DNA of 64,000 bases from Macrostomum lignano. Lineage: Eukaryota. The DNA is taken from NCBI GenBank assembly GCA_002269645.1, contig NIVC01000319.1:62001-126000 (forward strand), read 5' to 3'. The stretch's first letter is position 1; every line of letters begins with the position of its first letter. The translations under genes and the position numbers were made by a program. Shown here piece after piece: positions 21,840 through 34,969 of this stretch. Below the pieces are notes generated by a model that was not told the DNA's origin, did not search any database, and worked only from the letters and a program-made list of their open reading frames with translations.

Positions 21840-24071
21840 CTAGCACAGCTCGCCGCGCCGTAGCGCCCCGATCAGCTGGTCGCGGCCGCGCAGCAGGCGG
21901 TCCGTCACCAGCGCCACCGACCGGCCCGGCTGCAGCTGGCGGAGCCGCTCCTGCAGCGCCCGGTGCTCCGCCCAGGTGGCGCCGCCGATCACGCAGACCA
22001 GCACCAGCTCGGACTCGGCCAGCTTCGGCTTGCCGGACACCCCAGGTAGCCGAACAGGCCGGCCATCCCGGTGGACTTGTGCTCCAGCTGCAGCGATGGT
22101 GCCGACTGAGGCGCCGGCGCCCGCGCCCCAGCGGCGCCAACGATCTCGGCGCCCAGCTGAGCAACGAGAGGCGCGTAGGTGGGCACCACCGAGTTGTCCA
22201 CCAGCCGCAGGCGAGGCTGGCCGGCCCGGACGCGGGACAGCCGGCCGAGGATGGCCGCCGTCTCCTCGCTTTCAGCGTCAACATCAGCTTTGGGCGCGGG
22301 CAGCAGGCTCGAACCAATGACCTTCAGCGCCAGCAGGGCGTCGGCAGGCAGCCCGGCCGCTTGAGCTTCAGCGGCAGCTGCCGCTCGGACCTCGGCGAGC
22401 TCGTCCGGCGGGCTGCCAGCGGCGCCCAGCATCGACTTTTCGATGCGGACGGCGGCTGCCAGCTGCTGTTGAAGCTGCCGACGCTCGCTGGCCGCGGCCG
22501 CCAGGGACTGCGCCACCGCCACGGCCAGCTGGACGGTGCCGGAGTGCCGGCTGGAGAAGGCCAGGCCCGGCCGCTCAGAGGCCAGCCGGTCCAGCAGGAG
22601 GCCGAGGCTGCCCGCTGGGCTGCCGGCCGCCGAGGTTGAGGCGACGAGCAGCGCCGGGTCGAAGGCCACCCGCTCGGCCGTCATGGCGTCGGCCAGGGCC
22701 CGCTGGGCTGCCGCGGCGGCCGCCTTCCCTGCGGCCAGCTTGGCGTCTCCGCCGGCCAGGCGCCGGCCGAGGGGGCTGTCCAGACAGCCGGACAGGCAGC
22801 CGATGGGCAGGTGAGCGGCGCTGCGGGATCTGCCAGTGGCAGCAGGTAGAGGAAAACTGGCTGTTGAGCTGCTGGAAGGGGTCATTCAGCCACACCCCAG
22901 TCCCAACTCAGCCAAACCTCAGTCCCAACTCAGTCACACCTCAGTCCCAACTCAGTCACACCTCAGTCCCAACTCAGCCACACCTCAGTCACACCTCAGT
23001 CCCAACTCAGCCACACCTCAGTCCCACTGGAGTCCCAGCCGGCGCACCTGGTGAAGGCGGTGAGGTCCAGGTGCACATCGCTGACCAGCAGCGGGCGGCC
23101 AGATCTGCACAGCGTGTCCAGCCAGGAGTCCGCCAGAAAGCTGAGCGGCCCGACCAGGTCCAGCGCGCGATCCACCAGCACGACAGTCGCCCGCCGGTGG
23201 TTGGGCAGCCGGCGCCGCTCCTTTGCGGGCCCGAGGGCTGCCAGGGCGTCGCCGAGACGGGAGGCGGCCGGCCCGAGGCAGAGGATGTCCTCCTTGAGCG
23301 ACAGCTCGGCCAGCAGGCTGTGCAGCCGGCCAGCCAGGTGGCCAATCGGCTCGCTGATGACGTCATCATCATCCGGGTCGGTGACGTCATCGCCGCCGCC
23401 GCCGAGGACTACGAATTCGGGCAAGCGGTGGTCCTCAGGCGGCCGGATCAGGGTCACGTGACCCAGAGGGACGAAGCGAACCTGAGAGGAGCAAACGGTT
23501 TGTGGGATTCGGATTCTTAGAAATCGTGGGCCACCGAATATTTTTGTAGTCTGAAAGACACTGGCATGTCTTACAAGATGCATAATAAAAATATAATATA
23601 GTGTATACGAGCCTATAGTGTAAGAAACTTTCAATAAGTTTTCAGCGGCCTCACCTGGGCGGTGGCCCCGTGCCCCAGCCAGCCGGCCAGGTGCTCTTCG
23701 ACATCCATGAGCACGGCGGTCTCCGGACAGGCTCCGGTGAGGAGAATCACATAATTGAGTCCGGTGTCGGACACCAGCTCGGCCAGGGTCTCCATGGCAA
23801 CCCGGCTGTCCGGCCGGCCGGCCAGCAAGAAGACGGCCTTCCTGACGGCCGCGGCCGCTGGCTGCTGCTGCAGTTTCTCAGCCGGCTGGAATTCGCGCAC
23901 AGCCAGCGCGCCGTGCTCGATTAGGCGCGGCAGTAGCCGGCGCCAGTTGATCCAATCGGCGGCGCCAGAATCGGCGTAAATCACTGCCGAGCGAACGCTG
24001 GACAGGACGGCCTCTTCTGATTGGCTGGCACTGGCGCCGCCAACCCCTCCGGCTGCCGTCACGTGACTCAT
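21840..24071 (-). CDS. SCFD2: Sec1 family domain-containing protein 2
   Basis: Exons 24071-23655, 23481-23048, 22829-21840. Motifs SAVIYADS, KAVFLLAG, RATVVLVDRALDL and the C-terminal LVLVCVIGGATWAE...VALVTDRLL match the SCFD2 pattern. An apparent 1-nt deletion in a G run at about 22040 shifts the frame before the last 66 aa. Confidence 0.88.
22890..23035. repeat. Intronic minisatellite, 22-bp unit cctcagtcccaactcag(t/c)caca
   Basis: SCFD2 intron 2. Confidence 0.9.
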
Positions 24072-24759
24072 GGAATATCCAAGTTTTTTTTCAGGAGCTT
24101 CGATTGGCAAAGTTATTTAACTTTTTACAGCTCCCGTTCTTACTGCACTACTAGGCTGGAATGTCAGTAGGTAGAGGCACATTGTCTAGAAAAATTAATT
24201 CTACGATTTTTTGTTAATAGAAAAAAACTAAATACTGCATCACCTCAAACATTTTTAAAAATAAGTAGTCTGTCGAAAAATGTCTTGCTTATTATTGTTA
24301 TTTTCCGGTATTAGAAATAAATAGATAAATAGTTATTATTATTATTAAACTAAACTAGCAGATGTACAGATGAACGAGCGCATATTTTAACACAAAGATT
24401 GCCACATAAACAAATGAAATTAATTAATTAGCAAAGCTGCTAGTTTATGTGCGGATAAGTGTAACGCTCGCAGCATGCTAAACACAATTTTTTGTAACAG
24501 AGAATTATTGCAGTGTAGCAATGCCTGAAGAGTATCAAAACAGCAGCAGCAACATAAAGACTGAGCCACTGAGTGTTTCTGTAAACATGATCAGAGCAGC
24601 CCCAGGTGCAGATGTGAAGCTTTACATAGTAAAACTGGGAGTTATAAGAGCATAATTACATAAAGTATAAAGCACACACAAGTATGGCCCTCCATCAAAT
24701 ACATGTACAACAGAACTCATCGAATTCCTGAGATATCAAATCGATTCTACAGAACCAGA

Positions 24760-25200
24760 TATTCCTATGAGATCCCATCTACTCCCTATGAGATCCTATC
24801 TATTCCCTATGAGGTCCCATCTATTCCCTATGAGATCCCCTCTATTCCCTATGAGATCCCCTCTATTCCCTATGAGATCCTATCTATTCCCTATGAGATC
24901 CCCTCTATTCCCTATGAGATCTAATCTATTCCCTATGAGATTCCATCTATTCCCTATGAGATCTAATCTATTCCCTATGAGATTCCATCTATTCCCTATG
25001 AGATCCCCTCTATTCCCTATGAGATCCCATCTATTTCCTATGAGATCCCATCTATTCCCTATGAGATCTAATCTATTCCCTATGAGATTCCATCTATTCC
25101 CTATGAGATTCCATCTATTCCCTATGAGATCCCATCTATTCCCTATGAGATCCCATCAAATCTTCCTGAGATCCCATCAAATTTTCATGAGATCTCATCT
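24760..25200. repeat. Minisatellite, 21-bp unit tattccctatgagatcccatc
   Basis: Between the HINFP stop and the SCFD2 start. Confidence 0.95.
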
Positions 25201-25241
25201 AATTTTTGAGATCTCACCGAACCGCAGCACAGATGCCACAG

Positions 25242-26091
25242 TCACAGCCCCCCGATATCCAGAGACAGGCACTGCTCATCGGATGGTCCGGCTTTGGGCG
25301 TCACCACGCTGAGCAGCGGCAGGAACTCGTCCTCGGCGGCCTGCAGCTGCTGTTGCTGGTAGCCGGGCTCTTCTAGTAGCAGCATTTCCTGCTCTTGCTG
25401 GCGCTCCAACCGGAAGTCGTCCTCGTGCGGTCCCAGGACCAGCGGCAGCTGCAGGTGAGCGGCGGCGTCCTTGCAGTCCCAGGGATGCCGCTGCAGGTGG
25501 TGCTGCCGCTGCTGCTGCTGGCGCTGCTTCCGTACCTGCTGCTCCTGCTGCTCTTCCTGTTGCTGCTCCTGCTGCAGCTGCTGCTGTTGCCGTTGCAGGC
25601 TGAGCTGGTGCTCAACCAGCTCGTTGCCGAGCACCTCCTTTGTGACCTCGATGCTCTCCAGCCGGGTCTGCACCAGCCGGCAGACGCCGTCGGTCCCGGG
25701 TTCGAATCTAAACTTGGAGAACCCGGCTGGCCGACTCAGATGGTGCCGCCGCATGAGGTGGCGGGACAGGCAGCGCGAGTCCTTGGTGACCAGGTGGCAC
25801 AGGTGGCAGGCGTACACCCGCTCGGCTGACTGCGACAGCTGGTCGAAGCCGTGCGCCTTGGACAGGTGGCGGTACAGGAAGTGGGTGGTCACGAAGTGCT
25901 GGTCGCAGATGTCGCAGCGCAGCGACCGATCGTGCCGTCGGGAGTGCACCTGCAGGACGGTTGGGGGGAGTGGCCTGGCTATAGTGGCTGCCGATATGTA
26001 CGAATAAGCGCTGTCTGTCTGTCTGTCTGCCTGTCTGTCTGCCTGCTTGCCTGCCTGTCTGCCTGCCTGTCTGCCTGTCTGTCTGTCTGCC

Positions 26092-26175
<84 letters not shown>

Positions 26176-28673
26176 CACAAGTTTGGGCTGAGCACCTTGA
26201 GCTGGTCCTCCGTCTTGCAGCTGTGCCCGCAGCCGGGCTCGGTGCACACAAACGGTCTCTCTTCGCTGTGCCTCATCTGCAGGTGCCGCCGCAAAGCGCT
26301 GGGCGTCGGCAGGGTGAACTCGCAGTGGGGGCACTTCTGCGTGTTCACGTGGCGGCGCATGTGATCGCTGAGGATGCGCTGCGAGCTGAACAACTTGTGG
26401 CACTGGTCGCACCTGCGCACGCGGGTCGGGGATCACGGCGAGTGAGGATTTGATAGAATAATCATGAGACTGGATAGGATCATTTTGGGATTGAATGGAA
26501 TCACACTGGTATATTGGATGGGATCACACTGGGATGGGATGGGATCACACTGGGATTGGATGGGATCACACTGGGATGGGATGGGATCACACTGGGATTG
26601 GATGGGATCACACTGGGATGGGATGGGATCACACTGGGATTGGATGTGATCACACTGGGATTAGATAGGATCACACTGGGATGGGATGGGATCACACTGG
26701 GATTGGATCACACTGGGATAACATGGAACCCCAATCTCACTTGTGAACGGGATTAGGCGTCTCCTGCCTCAGCAGGTGGTTCTGCAGTTTTGAATTATTA
26801 AAGAATTTCTGGCCACAGGTCGGGCAGGCGGTCGGCTTCTCCTTGGAGTGGCAGCGGATGTGCTCGGTGAGGTTGCTGATGGAGCGGCAGACGTGGTCGC
26901 AGCCGCGCCACAGACAGGGCATGTCCCGGATGCCGCGGTGCTCGCGCTGCCTGTACTGCCTGAACTTCTGCTGGGGCGGCGGGCGCTCGTACTCGAATCG
27001 GTGATTGGAGCAATGCAGGTAGAAGGCGCAGGTGTTGCAGGTGAAATATTCGCACGAGTCCCACTGGCAGCGGAGCGGCGCCGGCTCGGGCGACTGGGGC
27101 GGCGGAGTTCAGGTGTTTGATTGATACTACTGGTAGTGTTCACAGCAGTAGTGTCATTGGGACTTATTTTGGCTCAATGTGTGGGGTTATTAGGGTTCAT
27201 TGTGTGGGGTTATTAGGGCTCAATGTGTGGGGTTATTAGGGCTCATTGTGTGGGGTTATTAGGGCTCATTGTGTGGGGTTATTAGGGCTCAATGTGTGGA
27301 GTTATTAGGGCTCATTGTGTGGGGTTATTAAGGCTCAATGTGTGGGGTTATTAGGGCTCATTGTGTGGGGTTATTATGGCTCAATGTGTGGGTTATTATG
27401 GCTCATTGTGTGGGGTTATTAGGGCTCATTGTGTGGGGTGTTTAGTGCCGATTCTGTTGGTTTATTAGAGCTCATTGCGTGGGGTGTTTCGGGCCGATTC
27501 TGTGGGATTATTGGGGCTCATTGTGTGGGGTGTTTCGGGCCGATTCTGTGGGATTATTAGAGCTCATTGCGTGGGGTGTTTCGGGCCGATTCTGTGGGAT
27601 TATTGGGGCTCATTGTGTGGGGTGTTTCGGGCCGATTCTGTGGGATTATTAGAGCTCATTATGTTGGGTGTTTCGGGCCGATTCTGTGGGATTATTGGGG
27701 CTCATTGTGTGGGGTGTTTCGGGCCGATTCTGTGGGATTATTAGAGCTCATTATGTGGGGTGTTTCGGGCCTATTCTGTGGGATTATTAGGACTCATTAT
27801 GTGGGGTGTTTCGGGCCGATTCTGTGGGATTATTAGGGCTCATTATGTGGGGTGTTTCGGGCCGATACTGTGGGATTATTAGGACTCATTGTGTGGGGTG
27901 TTTCGGGCCGATTCTGTGGGATTATTAGGACTCATTGTGTGGGGTGTTTCGGGCCGATTCTGTGGGATGATTAGGACTCATTATGTGGGGTGTTTTGGGC
28001 CGATTCTGTGGGATTATTAGGATTCATTATGTGGGGTGTTTCGGGCCGATTCTGTGGGATTATTAGGACTCATTGTGTGGGGTGTTTCGGGCCTATTCTG
28101 TGGACGTTCAGAGGCAATTATTAGTTAAAGCCAATTGTGCAGGGACATTAGGGCTAAAAGCCAGTGAGCACTATGATAAACGGAATTTTAACATTGAAGG
28201 CAGTTTATTCTGTTCTATAGTGCCAAATAAGTGAGGAATCGAACTCGCAACTGCTCAGTCGGATAACCCACCTGGTCAGCGAGGCTGTTGCAGAAGGCGG
28301 AGTTCAGCAAGCACTCTGGCCAGCCCTTGGACGCGATCAACTTCCGGCCCAGCTGCTTCACAATCACGTGATGCGCATGCTGGGTCACGTGACAGGCGGC
28401 CAGTTCGAGCAGGCGGTTCGGGTTCTGCTGCAGCTCCTGCTCGCAGATCTCCAGCCTGGCGTCGCAGTTGCGCCACTGGCACTGCAGCTCGGCCGCGGCG
28501 CTGATCCCGCCGAACTCGACGGCCAGGACGCGCACCGCCTCGACTGCGTGGCGCTCGCAGTGCTTGCTGAACTCCAGGCGCTGGTCCTCCCACCGCTTGC
28601 CGGGGAAGCAGCGGACCAAGTGCTGGCAGTCAGCCCACTCGCACCGCAGGATCTGCTCGTCTGGGTACGGCAT
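25242..28673 (-). CDS. HINFP: Histone H4 transcription factor (HiNF-P/MIZF), C2H2 zinc-finger protein
   Basis: Exons 28673-28272, 27093-26741, 26412-26196, 25949-25242. MPYPDEQILRCEWADC; CLWRGC...HIRCHSKEKPTACPTCGQKFFNNSKL; HMRRHVNTQKCPHC; RHSEERPFVC; RPAGFSKFRF...RLVQTRLESIEVT follow the HINFP finger order. PolyQ tail. Confidence 0.92.
26011..26175. repeat. (GACA)n/(TGTC)n microsatellite in HINFP intron 3
   Basis: Direct: ctgtctgt.. with ctgc variants. Confidence 0.97.
26490..26718. repeat. Intronic minisatellite, about 21-bp unit gatgggatcacactgggat(t/g)g
   Basis: HINFP intron 2. Confidence 0.93.
27165..28095. repeat. Intronic minisatellite, 23-bp unit grading into a 46-bp unit
   Basis: HINFP intron 1: ttattagggctcattgtgtgggg (23 bp), then cgggccgattctgtgggattattagggctcattgtgtggggtgttt (46 bp). 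Confidence 0.95.
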
Positions 28674-28702
28674 GGAGAGAGCTGCAGAGCAGCGGATGTT
28701 AG

Positions 28703-29635
28703 CGCCATGTGGGTTCAAGGTCATTTTCTAAGGTCATTGGGGTTCAAGGTCATTGTCTAAGGTCATTGTGGTTCAAGGTCATTGGGGTTCAAGGTCATTG
28801 TCTAAGGTCATTGGGGTTCAAGGTCATTGTCTAAGGTCATTGGGGTTCAAGGTCATTGTCTAATGTCATTGTGGTTCAAGGTCATTGGGGTTCAAGGTCA
28901 TTGTCTAAGGTCATTGGGGTTCAAGGTCATTGTCTAAGGTCATTGGGGTTCAAGGTCATTGTCTAAGGTCAGTGAGGTTCAAGGTCATTGTCTAATGTCA
29001 TTGTGGTTCAAGGTCATTGGGGTTCAAGGTCATTGTCTAAGGTCATTGGGGTTCAAGGTCATTGTCTAAGGTCATTGGGGTTCAAGGTCATTGTCTAAGG
29101 TCAGTGAGGTTAAGGTCATTGTCTAAGGTCAGTGAGGTTAAGGTCATTATCTAAGGTCAGTGAGGTTAAGGTCATTGTCTAAGGTCATTGGGGTTCAAGG
29201 TCATTGGTTCAAGGTCATTGGGGTTCAAGGTCATTGTCTAAGGTCAGTGAAGTTCAAGATCATTTTCTGAAGGTCAGGCGGTGTAAGATCATGTTCTAAG
29301 GTCAGTGAAGTTGAATGTCATTGTCTAATGCTAGGTGGTGAAAGGTCATTTTCTAAGGTTAGTGAGGTTCAAGGTCATTGTCTAAGGTCATTGGGGTTCA
29401 GGGTCATTGTTTCAAGGTCATTGGGGTTCAAGGTCATTGTCTAAGGTCAGTGAAGTTCAAGATCATTTTCTAAGGTCAGGCGGTGCAATATCATGTTCTA
29501 AGGTCAGTGAAGTTGAATGTCATTGTCTAATGCCAGGTGGTGAAAGGTCATTTTCTAAGGACAGGTGGTGAAAGGTCATTTTCTAAGGTCATTGGGGTTC
29601 AAGGTCATTTCTAAGGTCAGTGAGGTTCAAGGTCC
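28703..29635. repeat. Minisatellite of aaggtcattgtct / aaggtcattggggttc units
   Basis: Immediately upstream of the HINFP 3' splice site and ATG. Confidence 0.93.
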
Positions 29636-30254
29636 TTGAGTAAAGTCAGAGGGGTCACGGGTTTAATATCATTTTCTAAGGTCATTAAGGTGGGGTTATC
29701 TGAGGCGACTGCAGTCACGTGGTTTGGATTTTGTTCAAAGGTCAGTATGGTCACACTGTTTGAGGGAATTTTTCATTCCAGGAACAAGCAGTATATCGAG
29801 AGCCAAGAAAGCAAAATTGGATAAATGGCAATTATACAAAAATAAATTGTTTTATTTAGAACAATAAATAGAACAATTTTTCAACTTGTTGAGTTTCTCG
29901 GTCATGAAATGAAAAATAGCTTCTACTAAGAACCAAATTAAAAGGGCTTAGCATACCCTGATGCCTGTGCAGAAATCTTGATTCCTAAGCTTGAACTGGA
30001 AGCGTTAAGCTTAAAAGTACATAACAGTGACAATAATTGGTGCTTGAGAATTGAAATAGATAGGGGTGCAATATTTCACATAAACCAGATTAGATCCAAG
30101 CCAAGTTTTACCGCAAAAAAATAATGCAGTTATAACAAAACAAGTTCTACCAGAACACGCAAAGCAAATAAGTGTGCAGTAGTTTGTTCTCGACATGCAG
30201 CGCCAAAATGCAAGAGGAATGAGAGAAAAAGTCTGTCAGAGTAGTTTCCCAGTG

Positions 30255-31095
30255 CCAGAACTCCATGCCTAGGGAAACTCTGAACCAGATAATCTATCTA
30301 GAACTCCATGGCTAGGGAAACTCTGAACCAGATAATCTATCCAGAACTCCATGGCTAGGAAAACTCTGAACCAGATACTCTATCTAGAACTCCATGGCTA
30401 GGGAAACTCTGAACCAGATACTCTATCTAGAACTCCATGGCTAGGGAAACTCTGAACCAGATAATCTATCCAGAACTCCATGGCTAGGAAAACTCTGAAC
30501 CAGATACTCTATCTAGAACTCCATGGCTAGGGAAACTCTGAACCAGATACTCTATCTAGAACTCCATGGCTAGGGAAACTCTGAACCAGATAATCTATCC
30601 AGAACTCCATGGCTAGGAAAACTCTGAACCAGATACTCTATCTAGAACTCCATGGCTAGGGAAACTCTGAACCAGATACTCTATCTAGAACTCCATGGCT
30701 AGGAAAACTCTGAACCAGATACTCTATCTAGAACTCCATGGCTAGGGAAACTCTGAACCAGATACTCTATCTAGAACTCCATGGCTAGGGAAACTCTGAA
30801 CCAGATAATCTATCCAGAACTCCATGGCTAGGAAAACTCTGAACCAGATACTCTATCTAGAACTCCATGGCTAGGGAAACTCTGAACCAGATACTCTATC
30901 TAGAACTCCATGGCTGCAGACAGTAGGAGAACCAGATACTTAATCTAGAACTCCATGGCTGCAGACAGTAGGAGAGCCAGATACCTAATCTAGAACTCCA
31001 TGGCTACAGAAACTCTGAGAGCCAGATACCTAATCTAGAACTCCATGGCTGCAGACACTCTGAGAGCCAGATACTTAATCTAGAGCTCCATGGTT
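30255..31095. repeat. Minisatellite, 43-bp unit gaactccatggctagggaaactctgaaccagatactctatcta
   Basis: Downstream of the seipin stop. Its core (agagctccatggctg) also occurs in the unique flank at about 31229. Confidence 0.95.
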
Positions 31096-31273
31096 TTCAT
31101 AGAGACTTCATGATCGCTGAGACTCAAAGCCAGTCACAACCCGGCATCATATACTCTATAGTTACAAAAACTCCAAGCCAGAAGCTTGGTTTGAAAATCC
31201 ATGGATACGAAGGACACTCAGAGCTCCATGGCTGATGCGTCCTTGAACCCCGTCTGAATTCAATCGAGCTCCA

Positions 31274-33382
31274 TCAGTTGCAACCGTCGCCGTCGCCGTC
31301 GGCGCGTCTCCGTCTGGCTTCCCCACCGCCGCCGCCGCCGCCGCCGTACGCCGCTGCCGCCTCGTGCCGCGTCGGGTCCAGCAGCGGCATCGGCTGCGGC
31401 CCGCCGTCGCCCCCGTCGCCATCCAGCCAGTCAGCGTCGGCCTCCTCGCCGCCTCCGCTCAGCCATCTGCGCAGCAGCACTGGCGCTGACACCAGCAACA
31501 GCAGCCAGGCGATGGCGGGGATGCCAAGGCAGGCGGAGATGAGCGGGTACGAGTACATCATGTACTTTAGCCCCGACAGGCGGGCGCGGAACTCCACGAC
31601 GGCTCGTTGGACCTGCGAAGTGCGGCCGGGATGGATGGTGATTGGTTGGGTAAGGGGATTCCTGAGGGTGGCTAAGGGGATTCCTGAAGGTGGCTAAGGG
31701 GGACTCCTGAGGGTGGCTAAGGGGATTCCTGAAGGTGGATAAGGGGATTCCTGAGGGTGGCTAAGGGATTCCTGAAGGTGGCTAAGGGGGACTCCTGAGG
31801 GTGGCTAAGGGGATTCCTGAAGGTGGCTAAGGGGATTCCTGAGGGTGGCTAAGGGGATTCCTGAAGGTGGCTAAGGGGGACTCCTGAGGGTGGCTAAGGG
31901 GATTCCTGAAGGTGGCTAAGGGGATTTCTGAAGGTGGCTAAGGGGGACTCCTGAGGGTGGCTAAGGGGATTCCTGAAGGTGGCTAAGGGGGACTCCTGAG
32001 GGTGGCTAAGGGGATTCCTGAGGGTGGATAAGGGGATTCCTGAAGGTGGCTAAGGGGGACTCCTGAGGGTGGCTAAGGGGATTTCTGAAGGTGGCTAAAG
32101 GGATTCCTGAGGGTAGCTACGGGGGATTCCTGAGGGTGACTAAGGGGGATTCCTGAGGGTGACTAAGGGGGATTCCTGAGGGTAGCTACGGGGGATTCCT
32201 GAGGGTAGCTACTAAAGGAGTTTCTTGGAAAGACCTTAAGGGAGTTTTTTGGAATGACTCCCGAGGGAGTTTCCTTGAACGGCCAGGCACAAAGGAGATT
32301 TCAGTTCATGGTTTACGACAGTTTACGACAGTAAACATTTACGGCATGTTTTAAAGGTCAGTCCTCAGACTCCCCACCTGCACTCGGCGGCTCTGCAGCT
32401 CCACCAGCAGGCCGCTGGACCTGATGAAGGGGTTCTCCACGTAGTCATCGAGCAAGTCGACGCTCAGCTGGCGCGGCTCCGCGTCCCAGCCAATCAGGAG
32501 GCCGAAGGCCGCGGCGGTCAGGTCGCCAAACAGGCGAGCCGCCCAGGGCCGGTGCGGCAGCAGGGCGGGCCGGATCGCTGAGGTCCCGGGCTCGAATCCA
32601 GGAGAGTAGAGCTGCAGCCGGATGAGGAACATGCCAGCCAGGCGGTTGGGCCGACTGTCCGGCAGCCACAGCCGCACGCTGACCCGGTAGGCCTGGGAGC
32701 GGGGAGCGGGGGGTCCTCTAAGACTTCCTCAACAGTTTTTTTGCCTGTCATGCAAGCTTTTAACGCCATACTCTTTACTTTCTACTTATTAGCATAGAGC
32801 TCTGACACCTTGAGACTATATCTTATCTTGAGACTATATCTAGCTTGAGACTATATCCAGCTTGAGACTATATCTAACTTGAGATTATATCTTATCTTGA
32901 GACTATATCTAGCTTGAGACTATATCTCATTTGAGACTATATCTCACCTAGAGACTAGATTAGACTAGACTAGACTAGAAGTCTAGCCTCACCTGGCCAT
33001 AGACGAGTTCGCCGACCTCGTCCCTGTTGGGCGCCAGCGAAACATTGGCGACGGGAAATCCGCAGGCGAGATCCTCGGGCAGGCCCGTAGCAGCGGGCTC
33101 CAGTTTGAGCTTGCAGGCGGAGTCGAATGTGAAGTACAGTCTGCGGCTCACCACCTCCTCGCCGATGAGAGTGTAGTACAGGAACAGGTAGATGGCGCTG
33201 GCCAGCAGCAGGGCCGTGCCGAGGAAGCTGCCCACCTTCGCCAGCCAGGCGGCCACAGGAACGGCGGCTCTGGCCGCAGCTGCGCACCGATTGGTCAGGC
33301 TTGTCAGCCAATCAGAGAGCAGCTGGCTCAGCCAGAACCGCTGCTGCTGCGGCGGGTCCTCTCCGCCAACGTCTAAGTCCAT
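31274..33382 (-). CDS. BSCL2: Seipin (lipid-droplet biogenesis protein)
   Basis: Exons 33382-32993, 32692-32378, 31612-31274. TM1 (FLGTALLLASAIYLFLYY), RLYFTF, CGFPVANVSL, YGQAYRVSVRLWLPDSRPNRLAGMFLI, EFRARLSGLKYMMYSYPLISACLG and TM2 match the seipin family. Confidence 0.92.
31655..32210. repeat. Intronic minisatellite, 22-23-bp unit ggctaaggggattcctga(a/g)ggt
   Basis: Seipin intron 2. Confidence 0.95.
32808..32990. repeat. Intronic minisatellite, 17-bp unit gagactatatctagctt plus (ctaga)n
   Basis: Seipin intron 1. Confidence 0.9.
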
Positions 33383-33534
33383 TTGCTTTCAGTCTGAGCA
33401 GCGGCTGCGGCTGCCGCCAGCTGGGCTGTAGGTTGTCAGCGATTGGCTGGGCTTTGGCGGCATTCAGCAAAATTAATAATAACTGTAGCTACATCTAGCC
33501 AGTGCTAGGGCTGAGCAAAGAGACTGGTAGTGTT

Positions 33535-34285
33535 CAGACAGGGAGGTTGGGCAGACAGGTAGTTTGGGTAGACAGGAAGATTGGGTAGACAGGAAGGTTG
33601 GGTAGACAGGAAGGTGGACAGACAAGAAGGTTGGCTAGACAGGTAGGTTGGGCAGACAGAAAGGTTGGGTAGACAGGAAGGTTGGGTAGACAGGGAGGTT
33701 GGGTAGACAGGGAGGTTGGGTAGACAGGGAGCTGAACAGACAGGCAGGTTGGGCAGACAGGAAGGTAGGGTATACAGGTAGGTTGGGTAGACAGAAAGGT
33801 TGGGTAGACAGGGAGGTTGGGTAGACAGGGAGGTTGGGTAGACAGGGAGCTGAACAGACAGGCAGGTTGGGCAGACAGGAAGGTAGGGTATACAAGTAGG
33901 TTGGGTAGACAGGTAAGTGGAGAGACAACAAGTTTGGGTAAACGGGTAGGTTGGGTAGACAGAAAGGTTGGGCAGACAGGAAGGTTGGGTAGACAGAAAG
34001 GTTGGGCAGACAGGTAGGTTAGGTAGACAGGAAGGTAGGGTAGACAGGGAAGCTGGGTAGACAGGTAGGTTGGGTAGACAGAAAGGTTGGGTAGACAGGG
34101 AGGTTGGGTAGACAGAAAGGTTGGGTAGACAGGGAGGTTGGGTAGACAGAAAGGTTGGGTAGACAGAAAGGTTGGGTAGACAGGTAGGTTGGGCAGACAG
34201 AAAGGTTGGGTAGACAGGGAGGTTGGGTAAACAGGTAGGTTAGGTAGACAGGGAGGTTGGGTAGACAGGTAGGTTGGGTAGACAG
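33535..34285. repeat. Minisatellite, 17-bp unit gggtagacagg(a/t/g)aggtt
   Basis: Between the SLC25A22-like stop and the seipin start. Confidence 0.95.
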
Positions 34286-34969
34286 AGATGAACCCAATCT
34301 AGACATTTTACAGGTGACTAAAAGAACAAGGAGAACTGTATAAAATTTTAAGGCAGAGATCTCGGAAACATGATTATCAGTAACTTGAGAGTGGCTAATG
34401 AACTATTTTATTTAACTTTTGCTAAGGAATAAAACAAATTTATTATGAGACAGCAAGCGGCAGCGGAAACTGCATCACACACAGACACTTCAAAACGATG
34501 AAATTCGAACAAAACCAAGCTGCACAAAGCCAATCCAATTAAAATAACTCAATGATACGGTAGTGCAATTAACAGTTCTTCTATCTCATTAGGGGTGAAC
34601 ATTGTGACACTAAAAACTAATAAAACAGGAGAAAAAACTGACTAAGGGCAAGGGAAAAAGAATGCAATTAACAAGCCTTCTTGATAGCGGGGTCAGGTGT
34701 ACAACTGGGAATTCTCAGTTAAACAACACAAGCTTAGTAAAGTTGCTATCTATATAAATTGGCTACACGAGAATGAGAGCGGCATATTTCCGAGCATTGC
34801 ATGTAGTCAGTTAATCAATGCCAAGTATTGGTGCGCACGCGAAAAATTCCTCTAGATTTTCGTAATCAGTTGACAGGTGAATGCAAAGTATACTGAAGGA
34901 GCCGATGACTTGCATGATGTTATCATCGATATGAATTTAGCTTTATCTAGCAGTATCACACCAGAGTGT

